This document shows positions 1 to 9,183 of a stretch of 64,000 nt of DNA, piece by piece; the stretch's first letter is position 1; each line of letters opens with the position of its first letter. The translations under genes and the position numbers were made by a program. The notes below the pieces were generated by a model. The model was given only the letters and a program-made list of their open reading frames with translations, searched no databases and was not told the DNA's origin. The stretch comes from a bacterium (GTDB taxonomy: Bacteria > Verrucomicrobiota > Verrucomicrobiia > Limisphaerales > RI-55), in assembly GCA_031362805.1 (NCBI GenBank), contig JANLTG010000215.1, positions 13,522-77,521 on the forward strand, read 5' to 3'.

Positions 1-455
1 GCTTCAATTTCTTGAACTGTGCTTATGGCGGGAAAACACCCAACCGATGACCGGTCGGAAAGTGGGGTGGCGGTAGAATATGGAGCGCCGAGCATTGCTC
101 GGCTTGGGGTGCGTCGATCCATTCGTGCCGAGCGATGCTCGGCGCTCCGGTTCCTCCGCATTCGGTAACACCACCCAAAGCCTGGCTTTCTGATTCAATG
201 CCCACGGGGATGCCTCTGGGCCTTGCCCTCAACGAGGCCGAATGTGAATAGCCGCAGTTGAAATCTGCGGTACCGGCGGGCAGGGAGTTCGACCCCTTTA
301 CCTTTGTGGCTTCTCCGAGCCGACGAAAGAAACGCCCCGGCCCTCTCCGCCGAGGAGAGGGTGAATCGTCCGCCGTTTCTTTGGAATGTCGGGCGCCGTA
401 GCTGGCAGGTGAGTCTCCGAGCAATCAGCCGACGGGCGGAGGCGATCACTCCCCG
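1..455. repeat. Non-coding, palindrome-rich region (nested hairpins) downstream of the DUF885 gene; no convincing ORF
   Basis: Arms ggagcgccgagcattgctcggc (83-104) and gccgagcgatgctcggcgctcc (127-148) are reverse complements with 1 mismatch. Stem aaagaaacg/cgtttcttt (326-334/374-382) encloses ccctctcc/ggagaggg (341-348/354-361). Only Arg/Pro-rich shadow ORFs are present. Confidence 0.6.
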
Positions 456-2273
456 TTATTTCGTGCGTTGAATGTACGCCAGCACCTGCTCCTCAAGAAT
501 CTCGAGCGGCAGGGCGCCGTTCCTGAGCACGACGTCATGGAATTCCCGCTGGTCGAACTTCGGTCCCAATTCTGTCTGCGCCCGCGTCCGCAATTCCTGC
601 AGCTTCAGCATCCCGACTTTGTAGGCGCAGGCCTGGCCGGGCCAAACAATGTAGCGCTCGATCTCGGCGGTTACTTGCTTTTCGCCGATACCAGTCTTGT
701 CGCGCATGTAAGCAATCGCCTGTTCCCGGGGCCACCGTTTCGCATGAATCCCGGTGTCCACGACCAGTCGGACCGCGCGGACGAGCTCGTCCCGCAAGCG
801 TCCCAGGTCGCCGAAGGGATCACCCTGGTACCAGCCCGCCTCTTTCGCCAGCCATTCCGTGTAGAGCGCCCAGCCTTCCACATACGCGGTAAACGGAATG
901 ACCTTCCGGAATTGCGGCAGGCCTTTTAGCTGCTGCGCGGTGGAAATCTGCCAGTGATGCCCAGGAACTCCCTCGTGGTAGGCCAGCGTTGGCATTGACC
1001 ACTTTGGGATTTCGTTCATATCACGAAGGTTCGCATAGAAGATGCCGGGCCGCGTCCCGTCCATCGCGGCTCCCTCGTAGTTGCCTTTAGCCGCTGTCGC
1101 CTGCTTGAATTCCGGTACGCGCCGCACTTCGATCTTGGCCTTCGGCATGGTCACGAACAATTGTTTCGAGCGCTCCGTCGCTTGGGTGATGAGCCGGGTG
1201 TATTCCGCAAGCGCTTCCGTCCGGCCCCTGTCATCGTCTGCGAAAAGGAAACGCGGGTCCTTCTCCAACGCGGCCATCGCTTCGCCAATCGGCCGGCCCG
1301 CGTACCCATTCGCGTCGAGGATCGCGCGCATCTCCGTCTCGATTCTGGTGACCTCGCGCAATCCCAGATCATGCACCTCCTGCGGCTTGAGCGTTGTTGT
1401 CGTGCTCATCCGCAGCGCGTGAGCGTAGAAGGCGTCGCCGTCCGGCATTTTCCAGACACCATCATCGGTCGTGGTCTTGGGCAGGAGGCCGTTGAAGTAA
1501 TCAATCAGTTTCTGGTAGGCCGGATAGACCACCTTCGTCACCGTCGCTTCCACCCGCGTTTGAAAAGCGGCGCGTTCCGCGTCGGTGAGTTCCTTGATGG
1601 TTCCCGCTCGGGTCTTGAACGAAGTGGCAAGAATGTTCTCGGCAGCCGGTTGGGCTGCGAAGTCTGTCATCTCCTTCAAGACCCTCTCGACGACGAAGCG
1701 CGGCGGCAAAATCTCCTTTTGCTCGCGCACGCGCAGGCTTTCGAGCAGTTGGTCGAACTTGGTGGGCAGCGCGTTGAGCCGCTGGAGGTAATACTCACAA
1801 TCGCGCCGGGCCAGGAGCCGGTGCGTGTTCGCCATGAATGAGGGAAATCCGTTCTGCACCCCTCCCATCTGGTTCACGGGATAGTCGTGCCATTGATACT
1901 TCCCGCCCTCGACTGCCCGCTCAATGTACCAATCGAGGATATGAGTGGAGAGCTGCTGCGACGGCGTTTGCCCCGCGAGCGAGTAGGCGCGCAAGTCCGC
2001 CAGGTTTTGCTTCGCCCGGTCGAAGTCGCGTTGCTGATGCGCGGGCGACACATCGCCGAGCTTTGCGTTGTGGCCGGTAATGCCAAATTGTTCAACGAGT
2101 CCAAGCGAGGAGAGCAACTCCGGCTCCTCGAAAAGCACCTGTGCGAAAACCTTCTCGTAGAAGAGATTGAGGCTCCAGGGACGGAACCAGATAAGATTGA
2201 TGAGGAATATCGCCGCAGCGACGAGCAGCACGGTAAAGATCGCGAGAAGCCACTTCAAAGATTTCTTGACCAT
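456..2273 (-). CDS. DUF885 family protein (metallopeptidase-like), N-terminal membrane anchor
   Basis: 605-aa ORF. N-terminal hydrophobic helix (LLAIFTVLLVAAAIFLINLIW). The HEGVPGHHWQ motif and overall layout are typical of DUF885 proteins. Confidence 0.75.
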   Translation of the reverse strand: MVKKSLKWLLAIFTVLLVAAAIFLINLIWFRPWSLNLFYEKVFAQVLFEEPELLSSLGLVEQFGITGHNAKLGDVSPAHQQRDFDRAKQNLADLRAYSLAGQTPSQQLSTHILDWYIERAVEGGKYQWHDYPVNQMGGVQNGFPSFMANTHRLLARRDCEYYLQRLNALPTKFDQLLESLRVREQKEILPPRFVVERVLKEMTDFAAQPAAENILATSFKTRAGTIKELTDAERAAFQTRVEATVTKVVYPAYQKLIDYFNGLLPKTTTDDGVWKMPDGDAFYAHALRMSTTTTLKPQEVHDLGLREVTRIETEMRAILDANGYAGRPIGEAMAALEKDPRFLFADDDRGRTEALAEYTRLITQATERSKQLFVTMPKAKIEVRRVPEFKQATAAKGNYEGAAMDGTRPGIFYANLRDMNEIPKWSMPTLAYHEGVPGHHWQISTAQQLKGLPQFRKVIPFTAYVEGWALYTEWLAKEAGWYQGDPFGDLGRLRDELVRAVRLVVDTGIHAKRWPREQAIAYMRDKTGIGEKQVTAEIERYIVWPGQACAYKVGMLKLQELRTRAQTELGPKFDQREFHDVVLRNGALPLEILEEQVLAYIQRTK

Positions 2274-2328
2274 GCGGGAGGTTGCCCGCCCGCCCTCAAA
2301 CGATCAATCCAAACTTCTCATATCCGGT

Positions 2329-2550
2329 GGTTGCGAGCCGCCGGGTGCAGTGGTTCCCACGGTGGCCACGGTAGGTTTCCCCAACATCGGCTTGCAAGGG
2401 TTCGCGCCCAAGCTGGCCAAGGGGGAGATCGCGTCGGTGTCCGGCGGGGGGGATGACGCGAGCTATTTCCAGATCAGCGTGCCGGTGCAGCCGGGCAATT
2501 CGGGCGGCGCTCGATCACAGTTTCTTGAACGCAGATTTGTTCCGCCCTGA
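2329..2550 (+). pseudogene. Remnant of a trypsin-like (S1/HtrA-type) serine protease: C-terminal half of the catalytic domain only
   Basis: Translation ...VATVGFPNIGLQGFAPKLAKGEIASVSGGGDDASYFQISVPVQPGNSGGA contains the catalytic-Ser motif GNSGG and the preceding G.P/T.G.VS pattern. The His and Asp regions are absent and the frame stops 12 codons after GNSGGA. Confidence 0.4.
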
Positions 2551-2786
2551 CAGGGCTTGATCCCCAACGACTCCCAACCCAGGACTTCATCCTGGGCTAT
2601 GGAATGGCGGCCTTTCAGGCCTGCCCGGGCGACTTCGACAATTGGGTCGTGACCGGGAAACGTTTTCGCAATCCACAAGTATCGACCCAGTTATCCGCCA
2701 CTTCCAATCGCCCCCGTCACCTGGAACTTCTGGGCTGCACGGTCGGTGGCTTGCATCGCGACGGCGAAGAGTTCAACTATCACCCC

Positions 2787-4406
2787 ATGCCCAACTTCTT
2801 CCGACGGCACAAGATTTTCACCGGCTTGCTGAGCCTCTTCCTGCTGGCGGTGCTGGCCTTGTTTGTCTTCGTGCGGGTGCGGATGCACGGCCCCTATCGC
2901 GAGTATCGCGTGGACACGGAGTTCGTTTCCGCAGCGGCGGGCACGGTCGATCCGGCACCGCTGCTCGTGGGCGTGGCCAAGCGCGACATCACGCCCGATC
3001 TCGCGCAGTTCGATTCGTGGGTGGACGCGGACAAGAACAGCAAGTTCGAGCAGGAGAAGGGCGACACCTACACGGACCGCAATGGCAACGGCGATTTCGA
3101 CTTCGTCTGGATGGGCGGCTTCGACGAGAACCGGCCGGCCCAAGGCGTGAACGATCCGCTCTGGACGCGCGCCATCGCCTTCCGTCATCACGGCACGACG
3201 GTGGTGCTGGTGAGCATCGATTGTGTCGGGCTCACGCACGAGCGCTTCATCAAGCTGCGCAAGTCCATCGACCACGCGCAGCACGGCATCACGCACCTCG
3301 CCTTCTCCTCGACGCACACGCACAACGGCCCGGACACGATGGGCATCTGGAGTTACCGGCCGGTGTTCGGCAAGTTCAGCGAAGCCTACGTCGAGTCGAT
3401 CCTCACCAAGTCGCGCGAGGCGATTCTCGAAGCGGTCGGCAATCTGCAACCGGCCGACGCCATCATCGCGACGGAGCAACTGGAGGCGCCAGGTTTTGTG
3501 CGCGATGCGCGGAAGCCGCAGGTCTTCGATCATCATTTGAACGCCGCGCGTTTTGTGAAGGCCGGCACCCGCGAGACGATTGCGACGCTCGTGAGCTGGG
3601 GCAATCACCCCGAGGCGATGGGCGGCGACAATCCGTTGCTCAGCTCGGACTTCGCCCATTACTGGCGCGAAGGCATGGAGCAGGGATTGCCGCAGCCGAA
3701 CGGCGTCGAAGGGCTCGGCGGCATATGCGTGTTCGTCCAGGGCCCGGTCGGCGGATTGATGACGCCGCTCGGGCTCGATGTGCCGGATCGCGACGGGCAG
3801 ACGATTCACAAGGACAATGGCGTCGGCAAAACCCGCGCGCTGGGTGAGAACCTGGCGCTGCGCACGATCAAGCTGCTGGCGTCGGATCGCGCCCAACGCA
3901 TGACGAATCACACCGTCGCCGGCGTGGCGAAGACGATCTTCGCGCCGATCGAGGGCACGTATCGGATTCCGCTCATGCTTGGGTTGATTCATCCGGGTTG
4001 GTACAACGGCACCGCGAAGACCGAGGTGAGCGCGTTGCGCATCGGCGACCTTGAGATCCTGAACATCCCCGGTGAAATTTATCCGGAGATTGTGGATGGC
4101 GGCATCGAAGCTCCCGAGGGCGGCGACTTCCCAGGCCAGCCGCTCGAAGTCCCGCCGTTGCGCTCGGAGATGAGCGGCGCGGTCAACATGGTGTTCAACC
4201 TCGCGAACGACGAGATCGGCTACATCATCCCGCGCACGCAATGGGACGTGCAACCGCCCTACACCTACGGCGCGAAGGACGCACCTTACGGCGAGGTGAA
4301 TTCAGGCGGGTACGACGTTGCGCAAGTGGTTCATGCCGCGAGCCGGGATGTTTTGAAGCGCTTGCATGACCTGCTGGATGGCGCGGCCAAACCCGCTGGT
4401 CGTTGA
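2787..4406 (+). CDS. Membrane-anchored hydrolase with a neutral/alkaline ceramidase-like N-terminal domain
   Basis: The ORF runs 2604-4406. ATG at 2787 precedes a TM helix (IFTGLLSLFLLAVLALFVFV). Motifs GVNDPLWTRAIAF and AFSSTHTHNGPD resemble the neutral ceramidase N-domain. Confidence 0.55.
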   Translation: MPNFFRRHKIFTGLLSLFLLAVLALFVFVRVRMHGPYREYRVDTEFVSAAAGTVDPAPLLVGVAKRDITPDLAQFDSWVDADKNSKFEQEKGDTYTDRNGNGDFDFVWMGGFDENRPAQGVNDPLWTRAIAFRHHGTTVVLVSIDCVGLTHERFIKLRKSIDHAQHGITHLAFSSTHTHNGPDTMGIWSYRPVFGKFSEAYVESILTKSREAILEAVGNLQPADAIIATEQLEAPGFVRDARKPQVFDHHLNAARFVKAGTRETIATLVSWGNHPEAMGGDNPLLSSDFAHYWREGMEQGLPQPNGVEGLGGICVFVQGPVGGLMTPLGLDVPDRDGQTIHKDNGVGKTRALGENLALRTIKLLASDRAQRMTNHTVAGVAKTIFAPIEGTYRIPLMLGLIHPGWYNGTAKTEVSALRIGDLEILNIPGEIYPEIVDGGIEAPEGGDFPGQPLEVPPLRSEMSGAVNMVFNLANDEIGYIIPRTQWDVQPPYTYGAKDAPYGEVNSGGYDVAQVVHAASRDVLKRLHDLLDGAAKPAGR

Positions 4407-4507
4407 TGAATCACCTGCCGAACAATTCCTTCCCCGCCCCCGTGCGGCCGGAGCGCACCGCCCGATCGGCGGGAATAAGCCCGGTCAACGACGCCTCCTA
4501 GCTGCGC

Positions 4508-5056
4508 ATGGACACGGAATTTGAGGGCGTGGTGGACCGGTTCTACCAACCGCTTTACCGGTTCGCGTTGAGTCTCACGCGCGCCGAGTCGGAAGCCTTC
4601 GATCTGACGCAACAGACGTTCTACCTGTGGGCGACCCGGGGCCATCAGTTACGCGACCGGTCCAAATCAAAGTCATGGCTGTTTACGACCTTGCACCGGG
4701 AGTTTTTGGGCTCGCGCCGCCGCGGTGTGCGTTTCCCGCACCACGAAGTCAGCTCCGTCGAGCATCAGTTGCCCGTGGTCGCGCCGACCGTCGTCAACGA
4801 TCTGGACGGCACGACGGTCATGGAAGCGTTGCTGGAAGTGGAGGAACTTTATCGCGCGCCGCTCATGCTCTTTTACCTGCAAGATCACGCCTACAAGGAG
4901 ATCGCCGAGATTCTGGAGGTGCCAATCGGCACGGTGATGTCGCGGCTGGCGCGCGGGAAGGATCAATTGCGGGCGTTGATCGCGGACGGAGCGAAACGAG
5001 GCGGGACCAAGATCGTGCCCCTGAAGCAATCCCAACTGAAAGCCGGTAATGGATAA
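4508..5056 (+). CDS. ECF-type RNA polymerase sigma factor (sigma-70 family, group 4)
   Basis: 182 aa. Region 2-like FYQPLYRFALSLT and region 4 HTH YKEIAEILEVPIGTVMSRLARGKDQL. Confidence 0.85.
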   Translation: MDTEFEGVVDRFYQPLYRFALSLTRAESEAFDLTQQTFYLWATRGHQLRDRSKSKSWLFTTLHREFLGSRRRGVRFPHHEVSSVEHQLPVVAPTVVNDLDGTTVMEALLEVEELYRAPLMLFYLQDHAYKEIAEILEVPIGTVMSRLARGKDQLRALIADGAKRGGTKIVPLKQSQLKAGNG

Positions 5057-5843
5057 GCACGAAGCCAAGTTGCTGCTGCAATCGTATCGCCCCAACGGGC
5101 AGGACGCGGGCGATCCGGCATTTGCCGAGGCGCTGGCACTGGCGCGGCAGGATCCGGAGCTGAGCGACTGGTTCCGCCGTGAATGCGAGCTGGATACCGC
5201 CATCGCCGCGAAGCTGGCCGCTACCGCAGTTCCGGCCGATCTGCGCCAGTCCATTCTCACGGGCCAACGCAGCCAGCGCCAGTTCGCGCGCCCTGACTTC
5301 CTCTGGTGGCGTTCGCCCGCCCTGGCGTGGGCTGCCGCCATCGCGGTCGTGTTCGTGGCTGCGTTCTTCTTTCGCGACCAAGGCGGATCACCTTTGTCGA
5401 TCACGGCTTATCGCAATGCGATGGCGGATCATTTGAGTTCGGGATTTGTATTCGATGTGCGGAGTCAACAGCCCGAGCAATTGCAATCCTGGCTGGCCGA
5501 GCGGCGGGCCTTCGGCGCCCTGCAACTCCCCGAGACGCTCCTGTTGAGCAGCTCCATCGGGTGTCAGCTGTTCGAATTCGAGGGCAGAAAATCGGTGTTG
5601 CTCTGTTTCACGCTGGCGGACAAGCAAGTGGTTCACCTGTTCGTGACCGATGCCGCAGCGTTCGAGCTCGGCCAGGTGGGCGAGGAACCGTCGCTCTGCC
5701 GCTGCGAAAAATGGAACGCCTGCTTCTGGCGCAAGGACGGCCTCGTTTATCTGGCGCTGGGCTCGGTAAACGCCGGGCAACTGGCCGAGATCGCCGGCCT
5801 GGGCCCGGCCGCGCCAGCTAATGCTGGAGAAAACCGCCGGTAA
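5049..5843 (+). CDS. Putative anti-sigma factor (single-pass membrane protein)
   Basis: 8-nt overlap with the sigma factor gene (ATGGATAA). Central TM helix (ALAWAAAIAVVFVAAFFF). Position is typical of ECF anti-sigma partners. Confidence 0.55.
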   Translation: MDKHEAKLLLQSYRPNGQDAGDPAFAEALALARQDPELSDWFRRECELDTAIAAKLAATAVPADLRQSILTGQRSQRQFARPDFLWWRSPALAWAAAIAVVFVAAFFFRDQGGSPLSITAYRNAMADHLSSGFVFDVRSQQPEQLQSWLAERRAFGALQLPETLLLSSSIGCQLFEFEGRKSVLLCFTLADKQVVHLFVTDAAAFELGQVGEEPSLCRCEKWNACFWRKDGLVYLALGSVNAGQLAEIAGLGPAAPANAGENRR

Positions 5844-6314
5844 TACCTTGGGGCGAATCAGAGCGTCGCTTGACAGCTTCGGCTACCGATGTTCTTGTCT
5901 GCCCAGATTACGCCGCAACTTTCGGACACACGTGAAACTTGTTCTTTGAGTGTCCACCAGATTTCGGAGCGGCCGCAGTACACGGTTGCTCCGAATATCC
6001 CGCATAATCCCACATTGTACATTCGAACATTCCCCGGGCCGCCAGACATCTCCTGTTCTGAGCGGCCCGGTTACTTTTGGTACTGCTCCCAAATGCTTCC
6101 CAGTTTTCTTCCAACCTTTAGCTCCTCCCGCCGGCCGGCTTCCGGGAGGCCAAAGCGAGTTTACCTTCACTGACCCAGATTTGGAGGCCGTGGGCTGATC
6201 CAATCTGTGATTCTACCCTTGCTGCGACGGGATCGCTTCGATTATCGACAGCCCGTCCGGACTGGGGTTCGGTCCCACGAATCACCGACAAACTAGTTTA
6301 CTTGTCCACCGCCC

Positions 6315-7208
6315 ATGCGCCGCATCTGCGTCATTTACAATCCGGTCGCACAGGGCGGCAAGGCCAAGCGCTTTCTCAAACATCGCGATTGGTTCGATCA
6401 CGGCACCGTCTTCCGGCCCACCGATGCGCCGCATGCGGCCACCCGCATCGCGGCGGAAGCGATCGGGGAAGGATTCGAGACCATTGTCGCCGCGGGCGGT
6501 GACGGCACCCTAAACGAAGTGCTCAATGGTTTCGGATTGGTTGAAGGCGGATTCAAGAAGGCGCGGCTGGCCGTGATCCCACTCGGCACCGTGAATGTCT
6601 TCGCCAAGGAGCTTGCCCTGCCCGCCCAACTTCGCCGCAGCTGGGACGTCATCCTGCGCGGCAAAGAGCGCTTGATCGACGTCGGGGTTGCGGAGTTCGA
6701 GCGCGACGGTCAAGCGCAGCGACGCTTCTTCGTGCAACTCGGCGGGGCCGGACTCGACGCACGCGCCATCGAACTCGTGGACTGGGAGCAAAAGAAGAAG
6801 CTGCTCCAGTTTGCCTACGTGATCGCCGGCTTGAAGGCGTTGCGCGAGCCGCTGCCGGAAATCACCTGCGAAGCCGACGGCCAGGTGCATCGCGGCCAGC
6901 TGGTGCTGTTCGGCAATGGCAAATTCTACGGCGGCCGCCTGCCCATCTTTCCCCGTGCTGAGCTCGCCGACGGGCTCCTGCATGTCTGCGTCTTCGCGAA
7001 GGTGAACCTGTGGGTCGCAGCGCGTTACGGCCTCGGCTTCTTGACCCGCAGCGCGAATCCGCCCCCGAGCGTTCGATACCTCCAGACCCAGGAGTTCAAA
7101 CTCACCTGTTCGACAAAGACGCCGTTCGAACTCGAGGGTGATTTGGCGGGGCATCTGCCCATTCGCGTGAAGCTCCACCCTGAAAAGCTGCGCGTGGTGT
7201 GCGCTTAA
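6315..7208 (+). CDS. Diacylglycerol kinase family lipid kinase (YegS/BmrU-like)
   Basis: 297 aa. N-terminal NP.AG-type start and the GGDGTLNEVLNG catalytic motif. Confidence 0.8.
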   Translation: MRRICVIYNPVAQGGKAKRFLKHRDWFDHGTVFRPTDAPHAATRIAAEAIGEGFETIVAAGGDGTLNEVLNGFGLVEGGFKKARLAVIPLGTVNVFAKELALPAQLRRSWDVILRGKERLIDVGVAEFERDGQAQRRFFVQLGGAGLDARAIELVDWEQKKKLLQFAYVIAGLKALREPLPEITCEADGQVHRGQLVLFGNGKFYGGRLPIFPRAELADGLLHVCVFAKVNLWVAARYGLGFLTRSANPPPSVRYLQTQEFKLTCSTKTPFELEGDLAGHLPIRVKLHPEKLRVVCA

Positions 7209-7270
7209 CCCTCGATTGCCGCCAAAAACCCGTTGACCCGTCCGGGGGGCGATTGCTAGCTTGCGCGCCC

Positions 7271-7318
7271 GTGAAAATCATCACTCAAGCCCCGGTAGTA
7301 GCCGTCGTCGTCGGTTGA
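7271..7318 (+). promoter_or_regulatory. Candidate ilv leader peptide (15 codons, Val/Ile-rich)
   Basis: gtg aaa atc atc act caa gcc ccg gta gta gcc gtc gtc gtc ggt tga encodes (M)KIITQAPVVAVVVG*. A possible promoter, TTGACC (7233-7238) with TAGCTT (7257-7262), lies just upstream. Confidence 0.4.
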
Positions 7319-7355
7319 CGCGGCCTGTGGCTTTGGTGGTGTCGCCCGCAGGTCG

Positions 7356-7391
7356 CCCGCCGTTCCTCCAGGGACGCGGGTCTTTTAGTTT
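7356..7391 (+). terminator. Terminator-like hairpin plus U-tract between the leader ORF and ilvN (candidate attenuator)
   Basis: 7356-7366 pairs with 7371-7380 (about 10 bp with one bulge, loop tcca), followed by tcttttagttt. The 5' arm is duplicated (gtcgcccgc at 7341 and 7352), which offers alternative pairings. Confidence 0.45.
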
Positions 7392-7457
7392 GCGCGGGCG
7401 GGGTTTTCCGGTCCGGCGGCAGACGGCGGGCGGTTCAACCGGCAGACCAGACACATT

Positions 7458-7931
7458 ATGCGCCATACCATATCGATCCTCGTGGAGAACAAGTTCGGCG
7501 TGCTCACGCGCATCGCCGGCCTGTTCAGCGGCCGCGGCTACAACATCGACACGCTCAACGTCGGTCCCACCCAGGACCCCAACACGTCCCGCATGACGAT
7601 CGTCACCCGCGGCGACGACGCCACGCTCGAGCAGATCGTCAAGCAGCTCAACAAGCTGGTCGATGTCCTCAAGGTCCAGGACTACCGCGACGACGAATAC
7701 ATCGACCGCGAGCTGGTGCTCGTGAAGGTGAGCGTCGATTCCAAGAGCCGGTCCGAGGTGATGCAGATCACCGACATCTTCCGCGCGAAGATCGTGGACG
7801 TGCAGCCCAAGAGTCTGACCATCGAAATCACCGGCGGCGAGGGCAAGGTCGAGAAGTTCCTCGGTCTCATGGCCCCGTTCGGCATCATCGAGCTGACGCG
7901 CACCGGCAAAGTGGCTTTGCCGAGGAAGTAG
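7458..7931 (+). CDS. ilvN: Acetolactate synthase small (regulatory) subunit
   Basis: 157 aa. The N-terminus [38 protein letters not shown] is the canonical ACT-domain start of IlvN/IlvH. Confidence 0.9.
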   Translation: MRHTISILVENKFGVLTRIAGLFSGRGYNIDTLNVGPTQDPNTSRMTIVTRGDDATLEQIVKQLNKLVDVLKVQDYRDDEYIDRELVLVKVSVDSKSRSEVMQITDIFRAKIVDVQPKSLTIEITGGEGKVEKFLGLMAPFGIIELTRTGKVALPRK

Positions 7932-7990
7932 CCTTCAAGGACGAGGACGACGACCAGAACGAACTAGCAAACAATTTAACCAACCAAACC

Positions 7991-9016
7991 ATGCCAGCCA
8001 AAGTATTCACTGACAAAGACGCGGACTTGAACGTCCTGAAAAACAAAACCCTCGCCGTGCTGGGCTTCGGCTCGCAGGGCCACGCGCACGCGCTCAACCT
8101 GCGTGACAGCGGCCTCAACGTGATCATCGGCCTGTACGAAGGCTCGAAGTCCAAGGCCGTCGCCGAGGAAAAGGGCCTCAAAGTTTATTCGACCGCCGAA
8201 GCGGTGAAGCGCGCCGACGTCATCATGGTCGCGCTGCCCGACACCAAGCAGCCCGCTTGCTACGAGAAAGACATCAAGCCGAACCTGACCAAGGGCAAGA
8301 CGCTGCTCTTCAGCCACGGCTTCGCCATCCATTTCAAGACGATCAAGCCGTTGAAAGATGTGAACGTGATCATGGTCGCGCCGAAAGGTCCGGGCCATAT
8401 CGTGCGCCGCCAATTCACCGAAGGCAAAGGTGTGCCGTCGTTGATTGCGATCTATCAAAACCCCGGCAAGGACGCGAAGAAGATCGCGCTCGCCTGGGCC
8501 AAGGGCATTGGTGGTACCCGCGCAGGTGTCATCGAAACGACTTTCAAAGAAGAGACCGAGACCGACTTGTTCGGCGAGCAGACCGTGCTGTGCGGCGGCG
8601 CGAGCGCGCTGGTGCTGGCCGGTTACGAGACGCTCGTCGAGGCGGGTTACTCGCCGGAGATGGCCTACTTCGAGTGCCTGCACGAGTTGAAGCTGATCGT
8701 CGATCTGATGAACGAAGCGGGCATCAGCGGCATGCGCTTCTCGGTGTCCGAGACCGCCAAGTGGGGTGACATCTCGGTCGGCCCGAAGATCATCGACAAG
8801 TCGGTGAAGGCGCGGATGAAGGTCGCGCTCAAGAACATTCAGTCCGGCAAGTTCGCCAAGGGCTGGGTGCGTGAATACAAGGGTGGCTACAAGAAATACA
8901 ACGCGCTGCTCAAGAAGGGCGAGCAGCACAGCATCGAGAAGACCGGCGCCCGGTTGCGGTCGATGATGCCGTGGATGCAGAAGCGCGCGATCAAAGGCGC
9001 CCAGGCGGCTTACTAA
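7991..9016 (+). CDS. ilvC: Ketol-acid reductoisomerase (class I)
   Basis: 341 aa. [17 protein letters not shown] Rossmann motif and conserved GEQTVLCGG and [14 protein letters not shown] segments. Confidence 0.95.
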   Translation: MPAKVFTDKDADLNVLKNKTLAVLGFGSQGHAHALNLRDSGLNVIIGLYEGSKSKAVAEEKGLKVYSTAEAVKRADVIMVALPDTKQPACYEKDIKPNLTKGKTLLFSHGFAIHFKTIKPLKDVNVIMVAPKGPGHIVRRQFTEGKGVPSLIAIYQNPGKDAKKIALAWAKGIGGTRAGVIETTFKEETETDLFGEQTVLCGGASALVLAGYETLVEAGYSPEMAYFECLHELKLIVDLMNEAGISGMRFSVSETAKWGDISVGPKIIDKSVKARMKVALKNIQSGKFAKGWVREYKGGYKKYNALLKKGEQHSIEKTGARLRSMMPWMQKRAIKGAQAAY

Positions 9017-9040
9017 GCGAACGCGCTGATAAATTGCCAA

Positions 9041-9073
9041 GCCGGCGTGGATTTCCGCGCCGGCTTTTTGTTT
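9041..9073 (+). terminator. Rho-independent terminator after ilvC
   Basis: gccggcg (9041-9047) pairs with cgccggc (9058-9064), followed by tttttgttt. Confidence 0.8.
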
Positions 9074-9183
9074 CGCCATTCCAGCGAAGCGCAGCGATTG
9101 CGCAGCGGCAATCTCCCTTTCATACTCCGCCCGCCGTGCCCAACCCGTTCCATGATTCTGTGCCGCCGCCGGGCGCTGCCGCC

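Noticed and set aside
1-455. Possible tmRNA, SRP RNA or cobalamin riboswitch. Local resemblances: gtagctggcagg to 4.5S RNA, ggggtcgaactccc on the minus strand to a T-arm, ggagac..cctgcc to a B12 box.
   Set aside because: In each case only one short motif matches. The conserved cores are absent or misplaced: the GGAAGCAGC loop of SRP, the paired 5'/3' acceptor and CCA context of tmRNA, and the B12-box position. An Rfam scan is needed before any such call.
6207-6286. tRNA-like segment: a perfect 7-bp acceptor-type pairing (gtgattc / gaatcac), TA at positions 8-9, and a T-arm-like tggg-gttcggt-ccca
   Set aside because: I could not build a D-arm with the conserved GG or any credible anticodon stem, and the T-loop is out of register. 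It is at best a decayed tRNA relic. tRNAscan-SE or ARAGORN should confirm.
8971-9183. Upstream extension of the DCC-LMF ORF
   Set aside because: It would overlap the ilvC 3' end and run through a strong rho-independent terminator (9041-9073). ATG at 9184 directly precedes the conserved DCC motif.
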